Assembly (NCBI RefSeq): GCF_001194135.2
Contig: NC_068993.1
Coordinates: forward strand, 61,332,793 to 61,396,792
Length of the DNA stretch: 64,000 bases
Source of the DNA: Octopus bimaculoides
Taxonomy: Eukaryota
Direction of reading: 5' to 3'
Shown here: positions 35,373-48,758 of the stretch, one piece after another
How positions within the stretch are numbered: position 1 is the stretch's first letter
Layout: the number at the start of each line of letters is the position of its first letter
The notes under the pieces: model-generated
Told to the model about the DNA's origin: nothing
The model's input: only the letters and a program-made list of their open reading frames with translations
The model's database searches: none
Position numbers and translations under genes: made by a program

Positions 35373-36307
35373 TATGGATTTTGCAGTTACAAACACATAT
35401 AGGAAGAAATAAGGAACCTCTAATTAGTTTCTTGACTTGCCAGAAACAGTAGCTAAATCTTCCCAAATGACACCATTGTGTCTCAAAAAAACAGAGGACT
35501 TCATTGGATAATGAACTCCTGGAGACGCAACGTCTGCAGAGAAGATGGGATGGTCGCTGCTGAAATGCTTGTGATCATTACAGAATGAAATCAATGTCAC
35601 CATTGTCGTCATCGTCTTTTTAGGATGGTTGAAAGCTAACATATTTTCATTTGCCGTGACCCAGGGTGATAATGTTATTTGTGAAGCTCTGTGTTTGATC
35701 TACAAGAGACCAAGATCTCATGAGAAAATTATCCTAGAACGTGTGCTTTGGTGTGTGAAAATTAGCAAAGCAGGCACGAGCATACTTGTAGAAAGCCAAA
35801 AATTTTAATTTATTAAATTACACCGTTAGTGAGAACGATCATTATCTTGTGGCTGTTAATTAACTAAGACATTTTCTTGTGAGCCATTTCTGATAATGAT
35901 CATTTAGTTATTTTGGCTTAGGAAGAACATTGATTCGTCATTGCAACAGTTGATTTGACAGCAAAGTTTGTTAAAGGAATCAACATGTTCTTCTTCTCTA
36001 TCTCCCGAGGTGGACTGGGCCAGTGAGAAATAGATGTTGCAGTATTGTTCCAGTGTCATGGACGTGTCATGTCCCATCAACCCTTTAGCCATGGTGCACG
36101 TGTCCTAATGACTTTAACTCTTGCAGCTCCGCCACCCCCGTCAATGTTTTATTTTTGTGTATTTTATTATTACAGTCATGTTGCTGAGAACTGGGTGTTG
36201 TGATTTCATTTGTGCTACACTGAAGCCCCTAATTCCATCTAATCTGTCACTGACTTGCAGTTAGGGGCCTTGTAATTTAAAAACAAAAATATAGTTTCCT
36301 TTATTCC

Positions 36308-36540
36308 AATGGCTCTCAACCATTTTTTTGCCTATGAACCCCTTTGCTGTTATCCAGGGTGATGATATTTGTAAAGCTCAATGTTTGGCCTACAACAGAC
36401 CAAGATCTCATGAGAAAATTACCCCAGAATGTGTGCTTGATATGGGGAAAATTAGCAAAGCAGGCACGAGCCTCATAGCCATTTGAGGGTTAAAAAAATC
36501 CTGTATTTTTATAATTAAATATTATTGGGAAATGTATAAA
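36308..36540 (+). mobile_element. hAT/Charlie-like MITE fragment
   Basis: CAATGGCTCTCAACCATTTTTTTG..GAACCCC resembles CAGTGGTTCTCAACC-type TIRs; partner end not found. Confidence 0.35.
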
Positions 36541-36552
36541 GACCTATTTTAT

Positions 36553-36680
36553 ATAGGTGCAGGAGTGGCTGTGTGGTAAGCAGCTTGCTTCTCAACCACA
36601 TGGTTCCAGGTTCAGTCCCACTGCGTAGCACCTTGGGCAAGTGTTTTCTACTATAGTCTCAGGCCGACCAAAACCTTGTT
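36553..36680 (+). mobile_element. SINE family A 5' half
   Basis: A head and core. Confidence 0.8.
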
Positions 36681-38439
36681 TGCCAACATAATGTGGCAGT
36701 CTTGGTTAGGATGAATGTTACTGTTATTTAGTCCCAGGAAACATCGTCTCCAGCTGGCTGTATGACACACTATCTGTGTCCTTATATTTTCAAACAGTGG
36801 AGTTCAGCATCCCCACTCAGCACAAAGCAATCTCTGTGGACTGCGGTTTCTGGGTGCTTTGCCTTTTCTCAGCACACAATAACTGCTCAGCTAGAGACGG
36901 TGCTGCTAATGTGTTGTCTCCAGCTGGCTATACGACACAAGTTCCCTATCGTTCGATGTGGTTAGCCAGATGTCGGTTATATCAGAGTGCTAATAAGGGA
37001 CCTGCTTGGATTCAAAATCCCTATTCCTTTACGTTTTATAAATATACATATATATAAATACACACATATATACACACATATAATACACATATAAATACAT
37101 ACACACACATACATACATACACACATAAATACACACATATATAAATACACACACATATATAAATACACACACACATAAATACACACACACATATATACTC
37201 ACATATATAAATACACACACACATATATATAAATACACACATACACACATATATAAGTACACACACACACATAAATACACACACACATAAATAAATACAT
37301 ACATAAACATATATAAAAACACGTATAAGCACACACACACACACACACACACGTAAGGGATAAAGGGAATAGAAATAGAAAGGGGATGCTTGTGACACTG
37401 GATCATAAACCCTCACACAACAATTTCACCCTCTCCTCCCCCTTCCTCATATTCTTATATAACCCACCCCACCCCACCGATTCCCTTGTACCCCTGGTAC
37501 AGAAACCCCATACACCTTTCACATAAGCCTCTCAGGTAATCCGACTTCACCTCTGCACCCATAATTCCCCCCTCCCCCTCTCCCCACACCCTATTGCCTG
37601 TGGCATAGTATGGCTGTTGTTGTTGTTTGTGGTGACCGACCCAAAGCAAGGTCGAAGGGGGGTCCCTCTTTACAAACTCTACCCCCTAAACCCACTTTGC
37701 AGCTTCTAACACTGCATCCACCCTCCCCACTCCCACCCCCACCTCTGTATTACACTAACACTTCCTCATCTTATTTAACTAACCCTCCTCTNNNNNNNNN
37801 NNNNNNNNNNNNNNNNNNNNNNNNNNNNNNNNNNNNNNNNNNNNNNNNNNNNNNNNNNNNNNNNNNNNNNNNNNNNNNNNNNNNNNNNNNNNNNNNNNNN
37901 NNNNNNNNNNNNNNNNNNNNNNNNNNNNNNNNNNNNNNNNNNNNNNNNNNNNNNNNNNNNNNNNNNNNNNNNNNNNNNNNNNNNNNNNNNNNNNNNNNNN
38001 NNNNNNNNNNNNNNNNNNNNNNNNNNNNNNNNNNNNNNNNNNNNNNNNNNNNNNNNNNNNNNNNNNNNNNNNNNNNNNNNNNNNNNNNNNNNNNNNNNNN
38101 NNNNNNNNNNNNNNNNNNNNNNNNNNNNNNNNNNNNNNNNNNNNNNNNNNNNNNNNNNNNNNNNNNNNNNNNNNNNNNNNNNNNNNNNNNNNNNNNNNNN
38201 NNNNNNNNNNNNNNNNNNNNNNNNNNNNNNNNNNNNNNNNNNNNNNNNNNNNNNNNNNNNNNNNNNNNNNNNNNNNNNNNNNNNNNNNNNNNNNNNNNNN
38301 NNNNNNNNNNNNNNNNTCTTCTCACCCTACTCTATATTTAGAAAACTCTATTCCTTTGCCATATATTTTCACTGGAGGGATAGAGATGCCATCTCCACCC
38401 CACCTTCTCTCTCTCTCTCTCTCTTTCTCTCTTTCTCTT

Positions 38440-38475
<36 letters not shown>

Positions 38476-38939
38476 CCATTCTCCCCCCCACACACTGACA
38501 TACATAAGCTTATTTTTGTATTTTTGTCTCTTATTCTGTAGTTTTTCTTCCATTTAGTTATATTTTCTCTTAAATGGTGCTTGTGTACATGTTTACACAC
38601 AAGCACATACACACACACACACACACACCTACTCAAACATACACACACACGTACACACATACACCTACACAAATATACACACACACACACACGTACACAC
38701 ACATACATACACATACATACATAAATACGCGCACATACATATATGCATACACATACACACATACGTACATGCGTGTACACACACACACACACATGCACAC
38801 AGATACATACGTACAAACATTCATACACATGCATACATACTCATATGCATATGCGCACACACACACACACATGCATGCATGCATGCACATACACACATTT
38901 CCATGAAGGTACAGGTTTTTAGTTAAAACACCATGTAAA

Positions 38940-39218
38940 TCATCATCGTCGTTTAACGTCCGCCTTCCATGCTAGCATGGGTTGGACAATTTGACTGAGG
39001 ACTAGCGAACCAGATGGCTGCACCAGGCTCCAATCTGATATGGTAGGGATAAGTCGATCACATTGACCCTAGTATGTAACGGGTACTTATTTAATCATCC
39101 CCTTGAAAGGATGAAAGGCAAAGTCGACCTCGGCGGAATTTGAACTCAGAACGTAATGGCAGATGAAATACCGGTAAGCATTTCACCTGGCCTGCTAATG
39201 TTTCTGCCAGCTCACCGC
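38940..39218 (-). mobile_element. family C tail joined to a family B copy
   Basis: C tail 38940-39042 then B 39045-39218, both on the minus strand. Confidence 0.75.
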
Positions 39219-39345
39219 TACATATATATATAGTTAACTGTTCTGTTAAGGTAGGATCACCAATAAGAGTACTTCAACCAGTGAGAGATAAATATCATTT
39301 AACGTACACAGTATTTAGAATTAACCCTACTAATAGCTTCTTGGC

Positions 39346-39497
39346 AGATTTATATAACATGCCTTGTGTCTCCAAGCAATCTTCAGACTCACAAGGCACA
39401 TCATATAAACAGATCCAACCATGCGCTCTGAGCTAGAGGATTGCTTGGAGACACGAGTGTAAGTACCTTGGAGACACAAGGCAGGTTATATAAATCT
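39346..39497. repeat. fold-back element with 31-bp inverted arms
   Basis: AGATTTATATAACATGCCTTGTGTCTCCAAG (39346-39376) vs CTTGGAGACACAAGGCAGGTTATATAAATCT (39467-39497), 1 mismatch. Confidence 0.8.
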
Positions 39498-40859
39498 ACC
39501 TAATCACAGTGTCTCCATGGCAAGAAACTAGTAGCTCCTATCTTAAATACTGTATATACTAAATGATTATATATATATATATATATATATGAATGATATA
39601 ATATATATATAATATAATATATATATATATATACACATATATATATATATATATATATTTACCTTAAGTAATGATTTCTCTGTTATGTTTCTAAAATGGT
39701 TACATGAATATTTATCTTTTATTTATTTACTTTATCTTGTAATATTTTCTTCAAATGTTAGAGAACCTCTTAACTGATCACAGATGTAGCTCTTGAGCAT
39801 GTGTATGCGTATACACATACATACATATATACATACATATATATATATATATTCTTAAATTTGATGTTTATGTATGTTTGAGTGAGAGAGTAAGTGTGCA
39901 TGTGTCTATGCACACACACACACATGAAACTATGACCATGAACCAATTCAGTTAAAAAGACTAGGTGTGGACCAGTACTAATATCCAAAATAGGTAGTAG
40001 AGAGACACACAGACACCAAACAGCTCTCTCTCTCATCCCACGCACCGTTCCCTCACCACCACCACCACCTCATTAAACCCCTGAACCTAAATCTCTTTGT
40101 CAGACCCCCCCCCACCTCCATCTCTCCACCACACAACCTTGAAATCTTGCTGTGAGTTTTGTTTGTTTGTTGGTGTTAGAGGAATAACACTGTAAGGCGG
40201 TGGCGGCGGTGATGTTACCTCTGTACTTGTTCCTTGTTAGTCATGATGATGATGATGGTGGTGGCGGTGGTGGCAGTGGCGGTGGTGGTTGTAGTTGTGA
40301 ATGTGTTTATGTTGTAATGGTAGCTTAGGTGAGTGATATTGCTAAATTGTTGTTTGTGGTGGTAGTGACGATTCTGTTGGCATAGTGCTCGCCATAGTGG
40401 CGGCAGCAATGATGATGATGATGTTCTCGTTAATTTAACAGTCTGTATGTGAGTGATATTGTTGTTATTGTTGCTTGAAGTAGTGGTGGTGGCAGTAATG
40501 ACGTTGCTGATGGCGATGATGGTGATGATGCTAACAGCACAATGATGGTGGTATTGGTATTATTGCTGGTGAAATTGTGGTGGTGGTGGTGGTAGTGTTG
40601 GTCTGATGATGGAAGTATTGTGTTGCTGTTGTAGTTTCAGTAGTGGTGGTGGAGTTGTCAGCATAATAATGGTGTTGGTGGAATGGTGGTGGTAGTAATG
40701 TTAGTCTGATGGCAGTAGTGGTAGTAGTGTAACTGGTGTTGTGTTATGTTGCTGTTGGTGACAGTGTAACATTGGTGGTGGTAGACGTATTGACGATGGT
40801 AATGTTGATGTTGTAGTAGTGTAATGGTGATTGGTTCTCATGTAATAGTGAAATGTAGT

Positions 40860-41192
40860 GACATGCTGGCGCTCCGCCAGTTGTGAGAACAAGGGCTCCA
40901 GTTGATCTGAGCAGCCTGCTTGTGAAATTGATGTGTAAGTGGCTGAGTACTTCACAGACGTGCATACCCTTAATGCTGTTCTCAGAGAGATTGAGTGACA
41001 CAGAATGCGACGAAGCAGGTTGGCCCTTTTGAATTACAGGTGTACAACTCACTTTGTTCATCTAAAGTATACTCGATGGAGCAATGTGAAATAAAGTGTC
41101 TTGTTCAAGAACACAACACACTGCTGGCAATTGAACTCCTGGCTTTACAATCCTGAGTCAAGTACACTAACCACTAAGCCACATACCTTCAG
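40860..41192 (-). mobile_element. SINE family F
   Basis: Same body as 33275-33596; tRNA-like head at the right end. Confidence 0.75.
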
Positions 41193-41551
41193 GTGGTGAT
41201 GTATTCTACAAAATACCAACATGATCACCACAACTATCACCATATCACCACCACAACTCTGACTACATCCATTACTACATCACTGCCACTACTACTGCCA
41301 CACCTACAGCCATACTACCACCTCTACTGATCACCACAATTATTAACAAAACCACCAGTTTTATTTTAAACAGAAGCCATTAGGTAATAAATACACTAAT
41401 AGTTATTGTATGCATGCAGCTGTGTGTGGATATATATATATATATATATATATACCAGGGTAAGTGTATATATGCGAAACAAGGTGGAAAAAATAGTGCT
41501 CAAACACCAGAGATAGAGTAATATGCTTTATTAAAATGTAGCAAAAATATT

Positions 41552-41626
41552 ACAAAAACTGTTACTCAGTTTCATGTTCCCGTGTCCGACATACACGAAC
41601 ATGAAACTCTGAGTAACAGTTTTTGT
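41552..41626. repeat. near-perfect hairpin running into an assembly gap
   Basis: ACAAAAACTGTTACTCAGTTTCATGTTC / GAACATGAAACTCTGAGTAACAGTTTTTGT with an inner stem CGTGT/ACACG. Confidence 0.8.
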
Positions 41627-41880
41627 NNNNNNNNNNNNNNNNNNNNNNNNNNNNNNNNNNNNNNNNNNNNNNNNNNNNNNNNNNNNNNNNNNNNNNNNNN
41701 NNNNNNNNNNNNNNNNNNNNNNNNNNNNNNNNNNNNNNNNNNNNNNNNNNNNNNNNNNNNNNNNNNNNNNNNNNNNNNNNNNNNNNNNNNNNNNNNNNNN
41801 NNNNNNNNNNNNNNNNNNNNNNNNNNNNNNNNNNNNNNNNNNNNNNNNNNNNNNNNNNNNNNNNNNNNNNNNNNNNNNNN

Positions 41881-42163
41881 GGACTCTCTCGTTGTTTGAC
41901 GATGTATGAGGATTCGACAATTTCTTGCTGAACAACCATGCAGTTGATTTGTTTATAGTGATCAAATGTTTGTGTTGCACATAAGCTCACCTCCTCCATC
42001 AAATCAGCATCACTTGTGCACAGTGTGCCACCTGTCAAATGATGAAATGATCGCAGAGCAATGTGAAATGAAGTGCTTTGGTGAAGAACACAATGCAACG
42101 CCCGGTCTGGGAATTGAACCGACAATCTTGCAATTATGAATGCAACACCGTAACCACTAAGCC
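41881..42163 (-). mobile_element. SINE family F with an alternative body
   Basis: F-type head (GGGAATTGAACC..TAACCACTAAGCC) and shared domain, but a 3' body unlike the other F copies. Confidence 0.65.
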
Positions 42164-42179
42164 TTGTGTGTGTGTATAT

Positions 42180-42263
<84 letters not shown>

Positions 42264-42277
42264 ATGTATATGTAGAA

Positions 42278-42612
42278 GTTCAGGGCTCAGTTATCAGTCT
42301 ACTTTTATTCATCATATTCCTCGAGGCCACAACAGAGAGATTTAATACCAGTTGCCCTTGGGAACTACTATATGTTGATGACTTTTTTTCTTTCTTAAAG
42401 TAGAATCTGTAGTATGGAAGTAGAAAAGAAATTCCAGGTGTGGAAGCAAAACCTGAAATCAAAGGGCTTGAAAGTTAATTTAGTATAGACCTAAGTTCTA
42501 CTAAGCAGGAAAGCAGACAAGACTCTACTCCCTACACAAAAATGGCCCTGCTCAATATGTAGGAAAGATGTAGGAAGGAATTCCATATGGTGTACTCGGT
42601 GCAAGTGATGGA
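42278..42612 (+). mobile_element. RTE-clade LINE reverse transcriptase fragment
   Basis: VQGSVISLLLFIIFLEATTERFNTSCPWELLYVDD (YVDD at 42371-42382), then KFQVWKQNLKSKGLKVNL..VLLSRKADK...KWPCSICRKDVGRNSIWCTRCK; QGSxLSPLLF and YADD motifs. Confidence 0.85.
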
Positions 42613-42914
42613 CCCCCTCCCTCCACTCTTCTAACTTTGGCAGTATTCAGCTAATGTAATCATAAGCAAATTATATATACATATTCCATCCCCTTTTGTG
42701 TTACCACATACCTCCCTTTTTCCCAGGAACCACTTTCTAAAATTCATCCCTCGTTCTCAATATTATCCCTCCCCACTTTATTTTCCATTGATCACCCCTT
42801 TCTGTGCCTCCAGTTTCTCTCTCTTCTCTGACCTACGTCTTAGAACTGCCATACTTCATCTTTGATACCTTCCTATCTCTGCTATCATTCTCATCAATCT
42901 CTCATATCTGTTGT

Positions 42915-43200
42915 CAACGGCTTTATCCTCCTACTCACTATAGCCATCCCTACATACCTCTGACATCCATCTCTGTCATTGTACATCTCTCTCTCTCTCT
43001 CTCTCTCTACCCCACCCTCAACGGCTTTATCCTCCTACTCACTATAGCCATCCCTACATATCTCTGACATCCATCTCTGTCACTGTACATCTCTCTCTCT
43101 CTCTCTCTACCCCACCCTCAACGGCTTTATCCTACTCACTATAGCCATCCTTACATACCTCTGACATCCATCCCTGTCACTGTACATTTCTCTCTCTACC
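42915..43200. repeat. ~100-bp tandem repeat x3 containing (CT)n
   Basis: Units start CAACGGCTTTATCC at 42915, 43019 and 43119. Confidence 0.9.
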
Positions 43201-44032
43201 GCACCATGCACATCATTCTCCCTATTTTATGATCTATCCACTGTTGCTTTCCACCTTTCCTGTACTACCACTTACCCCCTCTTATTTCTTTTTCCTTTCA
43301 TCCCTCTCATACTGCTATTTAATATAGCATATACTAAATACACAGGTGACCTGACAACACAGAAGGTCAACCAACTCCTCATCAGTTATCGGCCAGAGGG
43401 TCAAACGTTATATATTTGTATTTGTATATAGAGTGTGTGTACCAATGTAAGTCGGTATTTATATCCCTAAAAGGAAGCAATTTGCTAAAATAAGGCAACT
43501 GGCAGAATGCATTGATCTAGCCATTTGATAAACAGAGATTGATAAAATGAGTAGCAGATGAAGTACTGTGATTGATATAATTGACAAAGCCTTTTAAAGA
43601 TAATGGTCCAGCATGGCCAAAGTCCGATAAACAAAGAATAGGGGACACGCACGCACGCACGCACGCACGCACGCACACGCACACTCTCTCTTTCTCCATG
43701 CATACACACTCTCTTTCATGCATACTCTCTTCTCGCTCTCTCTCTCTCTCTCATATGCACACATGATTGCCCAGCAAGTGATAAATATGTATTTTGCCTC
43801 CCATGGTGGGATCTGTTCTGTTTTCTTTGTTCTCTGTGTGTGTTTATCAAGTACATTTGTTCTCATGGATATCTGAGAAAGTGCAGAAAAGTATCAGAGG
43901 AACCTAAGCGAAGCTGTTTGTCGGTTGTTGTGGATGTCTTGAGAGAAAGCTTCGTAGTAAAACAAATAGATAAAAAGGAAAAAAAAAGGAACAACAAAAC
44001 TATGAAGCATATAAAGAAAAGAATCTAAAAAT

Positions 44033-44063
<31 letters not shown>

Positions 44064-44904
44064 TTTATATAAAGTGTGTGTGTGTGTGTATGTGTGTATA
44101 TATATNNNNNNNNNNNNNNNNNNNNNNNNNNNNNNNNNNNNNNNNNNNNNNNNNNNNNNNNNNNNNNNNNNNNNNNNNNNNNNNNNNNNNNNNNNNNNNN
44201 NNNNNNNNNNNNNNNNNNNNNNNNNNNNNNNNNNNNNNNNNNNNNNNNNNNNNNNNNNNNNNNNNNNNNNNNNNNNNNNNNNNNNNNNNNNNNNNNNNNN
44301 NNNNNNNNNNNNNNNNNNNNNNNNNNNNNNNNNNNNNNNNNNNNNNNNNNNNNNNNNNNNNNNNNNNNNNNNNNNNNNNNNNNNNNNNNNNNNNNNNNNN
44401 NNNNNNNNNNNNNNNNNNNNNNNNNNNNNNNNNNNNNNNNNNNNNNNNNNNNNNNNNNNNNNNNNNNNNNNNNNNNNNNNNNNNNNNNNNNNNNNNNNNN
44501 NNNNNNNNNNNNNNNNNNNNNNNNNNNNNNNNNNNNNNNNNNNNNNNNNNNNNNNNNNNNNNNNNNNNNNNNNNNNNNNNNNNNNTTAAAAAAAACTTTT
44601 TTTTTTAAGGCTCTGAATTTTTGGGAGATAGCTACTATTTTTCATAGGTTGAATAACAGTGCAGCAGCTTTCACCATGGATTTGGATATCCCTGTTTCTA
44701 CATTTTCTACGGCTTTTTTCTAGTTCCTTCGACACTGGCAATTTGGTTCACTAAGTGACAAATTTTGCTTCAACCTGTACAATTCTTTATTTTCCATAAA
44801 GATTTATTTACTTTCTACCCGTTGTATTAAGAAATATAATTTCCGTTACCCAGTTATTTTCTCCACCCATGTATTTCAATATATGTATATAACCATGCCT
44901 AGAA

Positions 44905-45030
44905 GGAAAGTGTCAAATTTGTCTACAATGTTTTTCACCAACCACTCATTTACCCCTAGCTTCCACATTGACCACCAGATGAGGGGCCCTGTCAAAGGCT
45001 TTCTCCGTGTTGACAAATTTAGTTTTTCTA
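44905..45030 (-). mobile_element. RTE-clade LINE RT fragment (domain 2-3 region)
   Basis: FVNTEKAFDRAP/LIWWSMWKLGVNEWLVKNIV matches FVDLEKAFDRVPR..IWWA.RKLGV.EWLV. Confidence 0.75.
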
Positions 45031-47104
45031 CTATTGCATCTGGCAATACTGATGACTCAGTACTGCTAAATGCAGCAGAAGCATGAAACCAATGGTGACT
45101 TTCTTACTGGTTAGGTACCAGGAATATACTGTTCAACTGTATGAATGTATAATAACTCAAATTCTCTTTCAGAGTGTGCTTTTTGTCTTCTTACTTATGG
45201 GCAACTGACTGATAATATAGGTGTGTGTGCATCGGGTGACTTGGTGGAGTAGTTTCTCTGACAGGGGAACATGTGGTGCTCTTTGGTGCAGCTTGTCTGC
45301 TTTGGTCCTCACCTGACACCCAGCTCTCACTTGTGGCTCCTCAAAGCTGCCAGCATGCAACAGCGGCCATACCCTGAGCAATGGCTTCCACAGTTTGGCC
45401 AAACCATGATGAGGATAGCCGATGGGTTTCAAACCTTCAGTGAACTTGGGCTTGTCTACCTATGTATATGAAGGCTTGACCTGGTAGACTGTGCAGAAGA
45501 AACCACCAGATTGGTTCAGCGTTATAGGAGGGTAATTCAGTAAGTGTTTGCACGTGTGTGTGTGAGTGTCTGGATATGCGATAAAATTGACCTTGGTATT
45601 AGAGAGGTACTCTGTTCCATTGATATTGGAAAGATGGAGTGCAAAGTTGAACGCACTGGAATTTGAACTTAGAATGTAAAGAGCGTTAATTAGATACTGC
45701 CAGGCAATTTGTTTGACTCTCTGCCGATTCTGCCAATCCTCATACATTTGCCATTTTTTCATGTGTAAGCGTGCGTGCGTGCGCATGCCCTGCCAAATGT
45801 TTCATGTTGATTTTCTCTGCTAGCCATGTGTGAAACTGAAGGTAGAAAATGTGTGTTTGTGTGTTAGAGAATTAGGAGATGGCTAAGTCAAAGAGTATAA
45901 ATATCTTCTCTGTTCAGAGATGAAAAGAGAGCGAGAGAGAGAAGCAGAGCGACAGACAGACATTCGGTTAGTTGATAGCTGTATTGAAGACTAGATAGGT
46001 AGAAGCAAATGTTGGTGCACACACAGTTGTGTGTCTTTGCAACTGTCTTACTTTTCAGTCTAATTTCTATCTTTCTCTGCCACCAATTGTCTCTGTCTGT
46101 GACTGGTGCCTGTTTCAAGGTGTCTGGCTGTATATATGTCTCCATGTCAGTATGTCTATGTATGTATATGTTTGTCTGTATGTACAGCTGTTTGTCAGTT
46201 TATATGTCTTCCTACCTGTTTGTATGTGTGTCGATTTGTACGGCTGTCTACATATATATTATATGTATATCAGTATATATGCCTGTTTGTTATATTTGTC
46301 TATCTTGGTATATAAAAATAAATACATTTATGTGTGTGTGTGTGTATGAATACTTCTGATTGTGTATATATCTCTGTTTTATGTGTATGTGGTTTGATGC
46401 GTGTATATGTTTTTATGTGTATGTTTTTTTTTTTATATGCATGTGTATGTATCTTTGTGTGAGTGAATGATAGGGGGATACTGGTTTAGCAAACAACACG
46501 CACACGCACACGCACGCGCGCGCGCGCGCGCACACACACACACCATTCACAGGGAAAAGTAGAAGAAAAATTAAGAAATATGACTTCTACAATGTTTAAA
46601 TGTCTAACTTTGTACAAATAAGAATTGAATGACTGAAGCAGAATCAATAGAAAAAAGTGGAAATTTTACCTGTGAGTGCGTTAAATTGTAAGGCACCAAA
46701 AGAGAATGACTCTCCCCAGACGCAACAGAATAATGTAAGATTGTTTTTATTACAACTGAATATAAAAACGTGTGTGTGTGTACTGAGTTAAAATACAAAG
46801 GAAGCCATTTTTGATTAAGTGCTCAATGCCTTATACAAAGCAAAATTACATAATTAAATCAAGGAGTTTATCTTTTTGTGATTAGCAAGTCATTGCTGTC
46901 CCATGAGATGTCATCTGGGGACATGCTTGAAATTGCTTACCCACTGAAATGGGAAAGAATATGGTGTAGAGGAAGAGATAAAAAGGGAGCCAGAAAGGGT
47001 TGGGTAGTAAAAGATGGAAGGGTGGGGGAGGATTTGTAAGGGTGCTCTGTTGATTGTGCTTGCTTCTCCTGATGACATAGAATAGAAATGATCTGCTAAT
47101 CATA

Positions 47105-47146
<42 letters not shown>

Positions 47147-48707
47147 TGTCCCTAAAGATCTGGAGCAGCTAAAAATAACCGTTAATGATACTGAACATCT
47201 GGCATAACAAAAACCCAGCAGATGTGGAGAGAAATGTTCCTTGGGGGAATAGGCACACAAGGGGTTGGACTTTGATTAGGGGTACACTCTATGATCATTC
47301 TCTGCCTAAATGGTTCATGATGATGATTATTTTGTAATAATAATAACAAAACAACAGTAATAATAATAATAATAATAATAACCACACAGACATTCTTGCA
47401 TCAATCAGCTTCATTATTGTTTTGTATCTGCTTTTCTATACAGGCATGAGTTGAATGGGTCTTGCAAATTTCTTGCAACTGGTTGCCACCCGTTGTCATC
47501 TATCACACAATAACAGACAAAAAAATGGCAAACTTTGCCCTCCTCCTCCTCATCATCATTCTCCTCCTCATCATCATCATTCTCCTCCTCCTCATCATCA
47601 TCATTTCAATGTCTACTTTTCCCTGCTTACATGAATCAGACAGTTATTTCTCTGTATTCTTCATCATTTATTTAAAAAAAACCTAATTAAAACAAAGGTA
47701 GTTTATTCCAACAGAATTATGGTAAAGAAAGGGTTAAATGCTATTCATTTGTAAACAAATATTTGAGGGTCAAAATAAGAACGAGCTGACTGATGAGAAT
47801 TGATCCAAACCATGAATTTCTTGCTTTCTTGCGAAAACTTGTGACTATTTACTATACACTTTAGGCTTTGTGGCTTTCTTCTCCCCAAAAGAGGTGCCAT
47901 ATCCTCTCTCTCTTTGTCTTTTGCTGTTACTACAACCACTTCTCTTTTGAACCATCTTTCTTTTGTCATGTTCACCGTGGCTCATTGCCAAGACCAGTCA
48001 CAGGCGAATTGTGACCTGTGGGACTTTCTGAATGGCATGCCTAACAAAAAAAATTAACCTTGAATGTTTATAGCAGCATGGATTACCTGATCATGAGCCA
48101 TGTCTTATGCACCTCACTTCTTGAAAAAGATTGCCCATGTCTGGCCTAGACACTACATCAAACTCAGCATCCAATCCTATCACCTCAGAATGGTACCTGT
48201 CTGTCATTTCCACCCTACTCCCTACTTTCCCCTTACACACACACCAGACTACAGACGTTCAAGGTGAATATTAACAGCATCAGTCTGATAGTCTGAGGAA
48301 AGAAAAGAGCTGCAAATGTCTTGGATGCTGCCTTCTTCTCATCTGACCATTAAATAAAAGAAAGAAAAGACAGGATTATCAAAATGCAAATCAATCTGCA
48401 AATATATTGAACACAGAACATGAAGTGTGTATGTTGTTGTATATAATTAATCTTCTCTATTCTCTCACACTCACTGTGTGTATGCGTGTGTGTGTGTGTA
48501 TGTGTGTGTGTGTGTATCCACATACGCGTTTAAGTTTGATATATACATACATGTGTGTGTGTGTGTGTGTGTACTTGTTTCTGTCTGTTGGTGGTAAGTA
48601 TGTATGTATGTAATAAATACATAATGTTTATATGTATGTGTGCACTTATGTATATATGTATAGATATGATGTTGAAGACTATATATATATATATAGATAT
48701 ATATATA

Positions 48708-48758
<51 letters not shown>

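Noticed and set aside
44600-44800. Minus-strand KAVENVETGISKSMVKAAALLFNL as a pogo/psq helix-turn-helix
   Set aside because: The match is too loose, flanked by stops and next to a gap; not supportable by eye.
45169-45471. Overlapping 87-aa (-) and 66-aa (+) ORFs in GC-richer sequence
   Set aside because: No recognisable motif or convincing splice signals; probably an unclassified TE interior.
47790-47840. CTGATGAG...GAAA as a further hammerhead
   Set aside because: No stem II, stem I or stem III pairing can be drawn.
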